NCBI GenBank assembly: GCA_964630775.1
Contig: CAZVYY010000014.1
Span: 14,333 to 78,332 of the forward strand
Direction: 5' to 3'
DNA: 64,000 bases
From: an uncultured Pirellulales bacterium
Lineage (GTDB): Bacteria; Planctomycetota; Phycisphaerae; Sedimentisphaerales; Anaerohalosphaeraceae
Below the pieces are notes generated by a model that worked only from the letters and a program-made list of their open reading frames with translations, did no database searches and was not told where the DNA came from. Positions 30,307 to 37,639 of the stretch are shown in pieces. Made by a program: the position numbers and the translations under genes. Numbering within the stretch: position 1 is the first letter of the stretch; every line of letters starts with the position of its first letter.

Positions 30307-30690
30307 TCAGGCCCTGCGTGTTAACTGGACAAATATCATCCGCAATTGACCGAGGCTGCCCTGCAGAATTTTCTGCTCGTCATCCGTCAGGTTGCCTTTG
30401 CACTTGGTTTCCAGCATGCCGAGTATATCAATATTGAACTTGGCCATCTCAAAATCCGGCTCGATGTCCTTGTCCTGGTCTTCCTGCGGACGGATCAGGC
30501 CCAGCGCCAGATAAGCCTGCGTCGTGAAAATCGAGACCAGCCCTTCAAAATCCGCCGGCGGAAGCTGACGCGAAGACCCGGTTTCTTCGGCCTGCTCGAT
30601 CTTCTCTTCGAGGGTTTCCTTTTCCTTCTGGGCCTGATTTTTCCAGTCTTCGTCGATAATCACTTTTTTGGGTTCGTTTTGTTCGGCCAT
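30307..30690 (-). CDS. DUF1844-like small acidic protein
   Basis: The N-terminus is charged (KVIIDEDWKNQAQKEKE) and the central block is FEGLVSIFTTQAYLALGLI. The family call is from memory. The start was trimmed to MAEQNEPKK. Confidence 0.6.
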   Translation of the reverse strand: MAEQNEPKKVIIDEDWKNQAQKEKETLEEKIEQAEETGSSRQLPPADFEGLVSIFTTQAYLALGLIRPQEDQDKDIEPDFEMAKFNIDILGMLETKCKGNLTDDEQKILQGSLGQLRMIFVQLTRRA

Positions 30691-30782
30691 GTTCCCGCCT
30701 TTCACTTAATGTTTTTAAAGTCCTGGGACACCAGAGGATAGACGTATCTTACAGGATGTTCTCGCCATCCAAATCAGTCCCG

Positions 30783-31259
30783 TTACAAATATTTTTTAAT
30801 CCGCCCCATATCCCGTTTCTGGTCTTTATCCTGAATTTTCTGACGCTTATCATATTGCCGCTTACCCCGAGCCAGTCCCAGTTCACATTTGGCAATGCCC
30901 CGGTCATTAAAATAAATACGCAGCGGAACCAGGGTATAGCCCCGCTGTTCCAGCTTGGTTTTGAGCTTTCGAATCTGGATTTTATGCAGCAGCAGCTTGC
31001 GTTTCCGCGTGGGATCATGATTGGCAGTATTTGCAGCCTGGGCATACTGGGCAATCTTGCAGCCGACCAGCCAGACCTCTTCGCCGTTAATCCGGGCGTA
31101 GGCGGCATCCAGCTCGCACAGCTTATCCCGCAGACTCTTAACCTCGGTCCCCACCAGCGCAAGCCCGGCTTCGACCTTTTCCACCAGTTCAAAGTTGAAA
31201 AAGGCCTTTTTATTCTGAATCACCGGCCCAGACTGTTTTTTATCCTGTTTTTGCGTCAT
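30783..31259 (-). CDS. smpB: SsrA-binding protein
   Basis: NKKAFFNFELVEKVEAGLALVGTEVKSLR...YFNDRGIAKCELGLARGKRQYDKRQ is the typical SmpB sequence. Confidence 0.95.
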   Translation of the reverse strand: MTQKQDKKQSGPVIQNKKAFFNFELVEKVEAGLALVGTEVKSLRDKLCELDAAYARINGEEVWLVGCKIAQYAQAANTANHDPTRKRKLLLHKIQIRKLKTKLEQRGYTLVPLRIYFNDRGIAKCELGLARGKRQYDKRQKIQDKDQKRDMGRIKKYL

Positions 31260-31343
31260 AAGTGTCTATCTTACCTGAAATTCCGTATTTTGCAAGGCCG
31301 GTATCCAGAAACATCCATGGTCATCTCTTCCCATTTTATCCAT

Positions 31344-31369
31344 AAAAAAAGCCGGGTTGTAAGCCCGGC
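31344..31369 (-). terminator. Intrinsic terminator downstream of the DUF4870 gene
   Basis: On the minus strand, GCCGGG / CCCGGC form the stem with a 7-nt loop, followed by UUUUUUU. An A-run on the other side makes it potentially bidirectional. Confidence 0.65.
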
Positions 31370-31397
31370 CTGAAAAAAAACTTTCGAAAAATAAGTG

Positions 31398-31790
31398 TTA
31401 CTTAACCAGCCGCAGGCAGAAGGGATATTTATAATATTCGCCCTTGGACGCCGCCAGTGAAGCAATAATACTGAAAATAAGGTCAAGCAATCCCAGCACG
31501 GGAACAAGTACCACACCAATCGCACACATAAATGAAAGGCCTGCCACAAAAAAAGCGATTGCCAACGTAATTTGGAAATTCAAAGCCTCCTTGCCATGAT
31601 AATCCACATAAGACATGGTATCTTTCTTAATCAGCCAGATAACCAGTGGTCCGACAAAACTGGTAAAAAAGCCCAATAAATGACATAACATGCCAAGGTT
31701 TTTTGCATCGTTGGAAATGTCGGCCTTCTGAGCCTGGGCCGGCTGAACTGGTGTTTGTTCGGGCTGCCCCGTTGTATTCTGCTGTTCCAC
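31398..31790 (-). CDS. DUF4870-like small membrane protein
   Basis: NLGMLCHLLGFFTSFVGPLVIWLIKKD...VDYHGKEALNFQITLAI followed by two further TM helices fits the DUF4870/TM2-like pattern as I recall it. Confidence 0.7.
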   Translation of the reverse strand: MEQQNTTGQPEQTPVQPAQAQKADISNDAKNLGMLCHLLGFFTSFVGPLVIWLIKKDTMSYVDYHGKEALNFQITLAIAFFVAGLSFMCAIGVVLVPVLGLLDLIFSIIASLAASKGEYYKYPFCLRLVK

Positions 31791-31934
31791 GGTTTTACCT
31801 CCTAAATCAAACTTTTATGGTCTTGTTTTATCTATATATCTACCACTATTTTCAGACTTGTCAAAGAAAAAAATGCCTTGTTCTGATAAAAAGCCACTGC
31901 TTTACATTGGACAATTTCCGGGTATAATATAGGT

Positions 31935-32123
31935 ATGATTGAAAAAGTTGTTCACAAGGCAAAATTTTCTGAGCATAACGAAATCCGCCAGAATCTGGAA
32001 TACTGGCTCAGCCGCCCGGCTGAGGAAAGGCTGGCGGCGGTGGAGTTTTACAGAAGGCAGGTCTATGGAACTATCCCGCGACTTCAAAGAGTGGCTCGAG
32101 TTATTAAACGCACACAAGGTTGA
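31935..32123 (+). CDS. Small hypothetical protein (62 aa) overlapping the downstream nucleotidyltransferase gene
   Basis: It starts with ATG. The sequence FSEHNEIRQNLEYWLSRPAEERLAAVEFYRRQVYG...RLQRVARVIKR resembles small proteins I have seen next to NTase-fold genes. It overlaps the next gene by 59 nt in another frame. Confidence 0.45.
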   Translation: MIEKVVHKAKFSEHNEIRQNLEYWLSRPAEERLAAVEFYRRQVYGTIPRLQRVARVIKRTQG

Positions 32124-32520
32124 GTACATCGTTGTCGGCGCACATGCTCTGGCTTTCTATGGCTCCCCCCGATTTACCGGAGACCTTGACATTCTTATCA
32201 AACCCGACAAAGCCAATGCCCGTAAGGTCCTGGACACTCTGGCTGAATTTGGTTTCGGATCGCTTCAATTGACCGAAGAGGATTTTTGCCAACAGGAATC
32301 CGTCGTACAGTTAGGTTATCCGCCTTCCCGAATTGATATTATGACAACATTAACCGGCCTGACATGGGAACAGGTTCTTGCCGGCAAAATTGCGGGCACA
32401 TTAGCTTCTATCCCGGTTTTTTTCATCGGCAAAAAAGAGCTTATTATCAACAAAAAGACCCTCGGCAGGAATAAAGACCTTGCCGATATTGAAGCTCTTG
32501 AAGACAAATCGAATCAATAG
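32065..32520 (+). CDS. Nucleotidyltransferase-fold protein (Pol-beta superfamily, MNT/DUF6036-like)
   Basis: The start is set at MELSRDFKEWLELLNAHKVEYIVVGAHALAFYGSPRFTGDLDILI, which contains the G-S ... D-x-D NTase motif. The upstream part of ORF 31939..32520 has no protein-like features. Confidence 0.7.
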   Translation: MELSRDFKEWLELLNAHKVEYIVVGAHALAFYGSPRFTGDLDILIKPDKANARKVLDTLAEFGFGSLQLTEEDFCQQESVVQLGYPPSRIDIMTTLTGLTWEQVLAGKIAGTLASIPVFFIGKKELIINKKTLGRNKDLADIEALEDKSNQ

Positions 32521-32522
32521 AT

Positions 32523-32630
32523 ATACTGATCCTACTTGAAATTTTCCGGTTCGTCGCGGCTAAGTACAGCAGCTCCAACCACGTGCTTCTTTTGCTCGCG
32601 GAATAATCATACCCCTTGGGTATATTACTC
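32523..32630 (+). repeat. Copy A of a ~108-nt intergenic repeat / candidate structured RNA element
   Basis: About 89 percent identical by my hand alignment to 37355..37462. Conserved blocks, read on the + strand, are GAAATTTTCCGG, CGCGGCTAAG, CTCGCGG, and the hairpin ATACCC-CTT-GGGTAT. It lies between convergent stop codons, and its last few nt overlap the end of the MetF-fusion ORF. The functional strand is unknown. Confidence 0.8.
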
Positions 32631-35075
32631 CGGCTTGCGCACTGAGGCACAGAACTGGCCCATCTTCATCATCGCATCATTGAGTTTGTCCATCGAGCCG
32701 TCAAGCTGGACGAACGCATTAACCAAATCCAGCAATTCCGGATCGGCGGGCTTTTCGCCGTAATGATGTTCAATATTGACAATCCCCGCATCCAGGCCAT
32801 ACTCCATCGCCTTGGCGACATACGCCCGACAAATGCCGATTTTTCGGCCGGGCAGGTCACGACAGCAGTTGCTGACACCCAGTGAGAAATGGCAGCCCTT
32901 CATCTGCGGATCGGATTTGATCTTCCGGATGGTATTGAATGCCCGGTAAGTATAGCCCGGCACACCCGGCTCCATCGGCATATCAATCGCCAGCGGAAAG
33001 ACCGTCGAATCAAAGAAGATTTCCTCGGGCTTAAAGCCAAAGGTCATCGCCTTCCGGAACAATTCTTTTGCCAGGCCGAACAATTCATCCACGGAATGCG
33101 AACCGCCTGGGCCGGTGGGCTTTTCTTCACTGACCAGCAGGCCGATGAATGAAAAGTTGTATTCTTTTTTCAGCGGCATCATTTTATCCGCAGTATAGAC
33201 TTTAATCGAATTCATCAGCGGCGCCCTGACCGGCTGATCGGTATTGTACCATTCTTTCAGGCCGGCAATCAGCACCTCATCATTGCTGCTGTCCAGGCAA
33301 ATCGGCACCCCCATGCCCCACTTACGAACCAGGCGGACATACTGTTTCATCATCCCCACCGCCGCATTCGCATCGGATTCACCAAAAGCATCCAGGTTGA
33401 CGGCGATATAGCTTGCTCCATCCGAGGCCTGCGATTCAATCAACGCGCGGATATAGTCCAACTGCGGGCTTGGCTTGGTATAAGCATCCGGTCCAAGCTC
33501 CTGCAGTTGCTTCATAATTGCTCCGGTCTTGGGGATCGAAGCGTGTATCGATTCGCCGATTTCAATCAACGGACGTTTCATTGTATGGTCCCTTCCAAAC
33601 AGATAATTCACAATCGAACTGGTATGCTCCAGCGCCGGAATGCGGGGACGATTGCTGGTCTGCCGCAGCCGCTGCCGACCGCCAACCTCGGCGGCTGCCG
33701 AACCATAGACCTTCTCACCAATACACAACCGATCCTGATTATTGCCGCAATAACCCTTTACCGTGGCATCGCCGCAGGGGACATTATCCAGTCCTTTCTC
33801 ACAGCCGCCAATGGTGCAATAGCCGAAATTTTCAGGCAGGTAACAGTCTCCGCATTCCTGACACTCAAAAGCAAGGTATTTAAAGCCCTTTTCTATAGCA
33901 TTAAACGCCTTGTATGTACAGCTTTTTTCCTTGTCGGCCCGCACCCAGTGCACACATTTGCGAAATGCCCGGAAGCCGCTGTATTTGGGGTCCAGAATCG
34001 CCCGGTGCATGAAATTAAAGAATTTCTCATTGAACCGCTTCTTTGGCCGCGATAACTCCACTGCCCTGCCGCTGTCATCATACAGATAAAACGCCTTCTC
34101 CGCCGGCCAGTACAAATTATCCTTATACTGCCGCCACTGGTCGCCGATTTGGGCAGCCCGCCGCAGAATCTTCACGAAAATATCAAAATCGTGCACTCCG
34201 CCGATGTCCACCCCTGCAGCCCCAATCGACCGATACATCGCCACCTGCTGGGCCGCCCGTTCGATATGCTCGTCCACCGTTTCCGACTGCAGCTTGGCCA
34301 GCAGCGCATCGCTGACAAAGCAGCCCGGCAGCTTGATATCGTGCATCAGCCGCGGGGCCGGCGTCAGCGTCGTCAGCCAATAGACATTGCCCAGCACAGG
34401 GACTTCAATCCGATTATCCCTGAGATACTGCATCAACTCCATCGACTTTTTCCAGTCCCAGCCGACCTGAGTCACCAGAAACTCCGCTCCGGCGGCAATC
34501 TTCTTCTCCATTTTATAATACTGCTGCATCAGGGAAGCCTCGGTGTATTTAAAAGGCGACACCGCCGCTCCGGCAAAAATCAGCCGTGTCTGAGCCAACT
34601 GCTCTGGAGTGGATTTGATCAGGGCACTGTTGTTCATTTTGTGGATTTGGCTCAACAGCCCCACCGATTCGACCTCAAACACCCCTTTGGCCTTCACCGG
34701 CTTATCCCCAGTCAGAGCCAGCAGCGTTTCCACGCCGCGCTGACGGTACCCCACCAGCGTGCTGGTCAGCCCATCTGCATTGCTGTCTTTGCAGCTCAGA
34801 TGCGGAATAAAATCCAAATCCCCCAGCAAGTTCTTCTGCGTAAGCACGGCCAGTACATCGGACGGGTCGATATTGGCTACTCCGCCGGGATTTTGCGGCA
34901 GCATGATACCGGTAAAATCAAAGCCGCTCGGAATCACCCCCGCCCCGGCCTGCTGATACCCTGTCAGGAATTTCTCAATCGGGGCGAAGCTGTACCCCGG
35001 CCCGCCCGTCAGCTCGGCAACAATGATAAAATCCTTTTTTGCCCGCAGTTGCGCCTTTAATCTCTTTTGAGCCAC
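32625..35075 (-). CDS. Three-domain fusion: methylenetetrahydrofolate reductase (MetF-like) + MTHFR C-terminal Zn-ribbon domain + pterin-binding (MeTr/MetH-like) domain
   Basis: The start is GTG, 8 nt after GGAG. The N-terminal part is a MetF-like barrel (DFIIVAELTGGPGYS...LSCKD...LALTGD). The middle part is the Cys-rich MTHFR_C block (FECQECGDCYLPENFGYCTIGGCEKGLDNVPCGD). The C-terminal part is the pterin-binding barrel (LIEIGESIHASIPKTG...YIAVNLD...PICLDSSN...PLMNSIK). Confidence 0.8.
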   Translation of the reverse strand: MAQKRLKAQLRAKKDFIIVAELTGGPGYSFAPIEKFLTGYQQAGAGVIPSGFDFTGIMLPQNPGGVANIDPSDVLAVLTQKNLLGDLDFIPHLSCKDSNADGLTSTLVGYRQRGVETLLALTGDKPVKAKGVFEVESVGLLSQIHKMNNSALIKSTPEQLAQTRLIFAGAAVSPFKYTEASLMQQYYKMEKKIAAGAEFLVTQVGWDWKKSMELMQYLRDNRIEVPVLGNVYWLTTLTPAPRLMHDIKLPGCFVSDALLAKLQSETVDEHIERAAQQVAMYRSIGAAGVDIGGVHDFDIFVKILRRAAQIGDQWRQYKDNLYWPAEKAFYLYDDSGRAVELSRPKKRFNEKFFNFMHRAILDPKYSGFRAFRKCVHWVRADKEKSCTYKAFNAIEKGFKYLAFECQECGDCYLPENFGYCTIGGCEKGLDNVPCGDATVKGYCGNNQDRLCIGEKVYGSAAAEVGGRQRLRQTSNRPRIPALEHTSSIVNYLFGRDHTMKRPLIEIGESIHASIPKTGAIMKQLQELGPDAYTKPSPQLDYIRALIESQASDGASYIAVNLDAFGESDANAAVGMMKQYVRLVRKWGMGVPICLDSSNDEVLIAGLKEWYNTDQPVRAPLMNSIKVYTADKMMPLKKEYNFSFIGLLVSEEKPTGPGGSHSVDELFGLAKELFRKAMTFGFKPEEIFFDSTVFPLAIDMPMEPGVPGYTYRAFNTIRKIKSDPQMKGCHFSLGVSNCCRDLPGRKIGICRAYVAKAMEYGLDAGIVNIEHHYGEKPADPELLDLVNAFVQLDGSMDKLNDAMMKMGQFCASVRKPE

Positions 35076-35121
35076 AGCAGAATCTCCAAATGTCTATTGT
35101 CTAAGGTTTCTGTTCCTGAAC

Positions 35122-35208
35122 GAAATTGTCCGCCCGAGGCGCGGCTAAGATCCGTTTCAATATATTCTGTGGCCATCCTCGCGGCAAAATATACTTGTTA
35201 AGTATACC
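35122..35208 (+). repeat. Copy C (diverged) of the intergenic repeat / candidate structured RNA element
   Basis: The same blocks occur in the same order and at similar spacing: GAAATTGTCCG, then CGCGGCTAAG, then 28 nt (30 nt in copy A), then CTCGCGG, then the hairpin ATACTT-GTT-AAGTAT. Compared with A and B, the hairpin shows two compensatory base-pair changes. Confidence 0.6.
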
Positions 35209-35300
35209 TGAGCATTCATTATAGAGAAAATGTAACGACAGCGTACCCGAATGCAACTTGTTTTTTGTCTTTTCTTGCTCTTATTCAGGCAAAATCGACA

Positions 35301-36254
35301 TCACGAATAGAAAACCGGTTTTTTCTTGAACTCGCGTACCGTCGGCAGCAGAGCATAATCACAAATACGGTATTCCTCAGCAAGTTCATCGATAAACCGC
35401 TGTACATCCTCCATCCGTCCGGCGTGAATCATCGCAAACAGATTATACGGCCAGCCGGCAAAAGTCTTTCGCTGATAACAATGGCTGACCGCCGCACGCG
35501 ACGCCATCGCCTTGCCCGCTGCATCCATCCGGGCTTTCTCCACGACCGTCGCCAGCATCACATTGACTGTATAGCCCAGCTTACGGTGGTCCAGCACCGC
35601 AACGATACGCCGGATTACGCCCTTATCGGACAACTCCTGTGCAATTTTCAGCAAATCCGGACTCAACGGGCTTTGGGTCAATACGATATCGTCCTGCATA
35701 AGACGCAATGCCTGCCGCTGGTCTGCCGTCAATTCCACAACTCCGCCCGGCTCACCCACAGGCTGATACTCCCCCGCCAGAAAATCCTTCGCTGAAGGCC
35801 CGGCCGGGTCAAAACGCACATCCAGCTTATAAACCGTCTCGGCCGGCAAGGCCTGGAATTCCACCCCGGTTTGCTGCGTCAGTTTGTCTAAAATGGCTTC
35901 GATTCGCTCGAAGGATTCATCCTGACAGGTAAACCAAAGATTGAACTTGTGATTCCGCAGATAATTATGCGACACCCCCTCAAGCGCATTGACCGCCTCA
36001 GCCACCGCGTCCAGCTTTTCTGTCGGCACACTGGCCGTAACCAGCGTCGCCACACGGCCCAGCCGTTTATAATCCAACTGCGCCCGGTATCGGCGGATAT
36101 ACCCCTGTTCTTTGAGCCGTCGGATTGCAGCGATCGCATCGGCCTCCGAACAGCCCGCCTGCTGTGCTAATGCCCGAAACGGCCGCTCCGTCAGCGGCAA
36201 GGGGTTCTGCACCCATTGCAATACACAGTTGTCTAACTCAGAACGTCCGGTCAT
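35301..36254 (-). CDS. Fused AhbA/AhbB-like (NirDL-like) siroheme decarboxylase, two Lrp/AsnC-type modules
   Basis: There are two tandem repeats of an HTH plus AsnC-type ligand domain. The first reads LQWVQNPLPLTERPFRALAQQAGCSEADAIAAIRRLKEQGYIRRY...GVSHNYLR. The second reads LRLMQDDIVLTQSPL...LSDKGVIRRI...AVSHCYQR. The start overlaps the upstream gene's stop as ATGA. Confidence 0.7.
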   Translation of the reverse strand: MTGRSELDNCVLQWVQNPLPLTERPFRALAQQAGCSEADAIAAIRRLKEQGYIRRYRAQLDYKRLGRVATLVTASVPTEKLDAVAEAVNALEGVSHNYLRNHKFNLWFTCQDESFERIEAILDKLTQQTGVEFQALPAETVYKLDVRFDPAGPSAKDFLAGEYQPVGEPGGVVELTADQRQALRLMQDDIVLTQSPLSPDLLKIAQELSDKGVIRRIVAVLDHRKLGYTVNVMLATVVEKARMDAAGKAMASRAAVSHCYQRKTFAGWPYNLFAMIHAGRMEDVQRFIDELAEEYRICDYALLPTVREFKKKPVFYS

Positions 36255-37285
36255 TTCACTTTATCCATACTCGTTTGCCCAAGCACACACAAGGGATCCT
36301 GCCCCAGCAGGTGGCCGTTAGCAATCAGGGCCCGCGCCCGGCAGCCCCGGCAGTCGGCCAAAAAACCGCATCGTCCGCAGAAATCCTGATACTGCGATAA
36401 ATCCCGTATCGACCGCAGCAGCGGGCTGTTGTGCCAGATATCCACCAGATTATACCCGTTTTGCACCAGATTACCCGCCTGAAGTTCCAGGAATCCGCAG
36501 GTCTGCACATCCCCCTGATAGCTGATAAACGCAAATCCGCTGGCCGCCAGACACCCACGAACATGGTCGGCGCCCGGGATGTTCTTCTGCCGGGCGACGC
36601 GGGCAAACTGCGGCCCGCAGGTCACACGCAATTCAATCGGATAGGTCGCCTTCATCGACGCCAGCGTCTCCAGAACCTGCTCATACCGCTTCGGCTCCAG
36701 CAGCAATTGCGTATCCTGCTCGGCCCGCCCCACCGGCACCAACACAAACGGATTCCAGCAGGACGCCCCCAGCTCCACCGCCAGCCGGGCAATCGCATCC
36801 AACTGCTCCACATTCACCCCCGTCAGGGTTGTGTTGATTTGAAACCGCAGGTTGGCCTTGCGGGCCTTTTCGATGGCCTTGAGCGTCGTTTCAAATGCCT
36901 CCGGCACCTGCCGAAACGCATCATGGCTGGCCGCATCCGGCCCATCCAGCGAAAACGAAAACGACAGCAATCCCGCCCGTTTGAACCGTTGAACCGCAGC
37001 ATCATCCAGCAGCGCCCCGCAGGTCGCTATCGCCATCCGCAGGCCCAGCGATTTGCCGTAATCGGTCAGGTCAAAGATATCCTGCCGCATCATCGGCTCC
37101 CCGCCGGTCAGCACGACTACGCACTTTTTCAGTTCCGCTATCGCTTCCAGAATCTTTCGGCACTGGTCCGTCGAAAGGACATCCTGTTCACGGGTCGTGG
37201 CCGACGCCCGGCAATGCCGACATCGCAGCACACACCGCCGCGTCACTTCAAATGCAATTATCGTGGGTTTTATAATTTCAGCCAT
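36251..37285 (-). CDS. Radical SAM/SPASM enzyme of the AhbC/AhbD/NirJ family
   Basis: The radical SAM cluster motif is CVLRCRHC (CxxxCxxC). The C-terminal SPASM-type cysteines are in YQDFCGRCGFLADCRGC. The start was trimmed to the ATG giving MAEIIKPTIIAFEVTRRC, because the ORF-track start is a TTG inside a repeat-rich spacer. I cannot tell AhbC from AhbD by eye. Confidence 0.75.
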   Translation of the reverse strand: MAEIIKPTIIAFEVTRRCVLRCRHCRASATTREQDVLSTDQCRKILEAIAELKKCVVVLTGGEPMMRQDIFDLTDYGKSLGLRMAIATCGALLDDAAVQRFKRAGLLSFSFSLDGPDAASHDAFRQVPEAFETTLKAIEKARKANLRFQINTTLTGVNVEQLDAIARLAVELGASCWNPFVLVPVGRAEQDTQLLLEPKRYEQVLETLASMKATYPIELRVTCGPQFARVARQKNIPGADHVRGCLAASGFAFISYQGDVQTCGFLELQAGNLVQNGYNLVDIWHNSPLLRSIRDLSQYQDFCGRCGFLADCRGCRARALIANGHLLGQDPLCVLGQTSMDKVK

Positions 37286-37354
37286 AACATCTTTCAAGGT
37301 AAAGGGCAAAAGGTAAAAGGTAAAAGTATGGATAGCCCTTCGGGCTAAATATCT

Positions 37355-37462
37355 ATACTGACCCTACTTAAATTTTTCTGGTTCGTCGCGGCTAAGTACA
37401 GTGGCATCAACCACTTGCTGCTTTTGCTCGCGGAATAATCATACCCGTTGGGTATAATTCTC
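37355..37462 (+). repeat. Copy B of the ~108-nt intergenic repeat / candidate structured RNA element
   Basis: See copy A. The hairpin is ATACCC-GTT-GGGTAT. It lies in the hemB to radical-SAM spacer. Confidence 0.8.
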
Positions 37463-37481
37463 AAACTGGCCGACCCGACTT

Positions 37482-37550
37482 GTCATACCCGCGGAGGCGG
37501 GTATCCAGCTTTTGCTTGAAACTCTGGATTCCCGCTTTCGCGGGAATGAC
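37482..37550. repeat. Two inverted REP-like 27-nt palindromic units
   Basis: The units are GTCATACCCGCGGAGGCGGGTATCCAG (37482..37508) and the reverse complement of GTCATTCCCGCGAAAGCGGGAATCCAG (37524..37550). Each forms an 8-bp GC-rich hairpin. Translating them yields the spurious LDSRFRGND peptide of ORF 37512..37742. Confidence 0.8.
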
Positions 37551-37639
37551 AATATGCAATACCTATTCACTTGTGAGTTTATCGTTTCAATATTCGTTCA
37601 TTTTGAGTTATTGAATTTTTCCCTTTACCTTTTTCCTTT

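Noticed and set aside
32551-32612. The repeat element resembles a THF (folate) riboswitch. UCGCGGCUAAG ... CUCGCGGAAUAAUCAU is reminiscent of the UCGCGUUAAG ... GCGCGGUGAAUCAU segments I recall from the Eubacterium siraeum THF aptamer, and the element sits next to a folate enzyme gene.
   Set aside because: The resemblance is on the + strand, antisense to all neighbouring genes. The 5' partner needed for the long P2 helix (complement of GAAUAAUCAU) is absent. One copy lies downstream of the gene and not in a leader. I keep it only as something for cmsearch to exclude formally.
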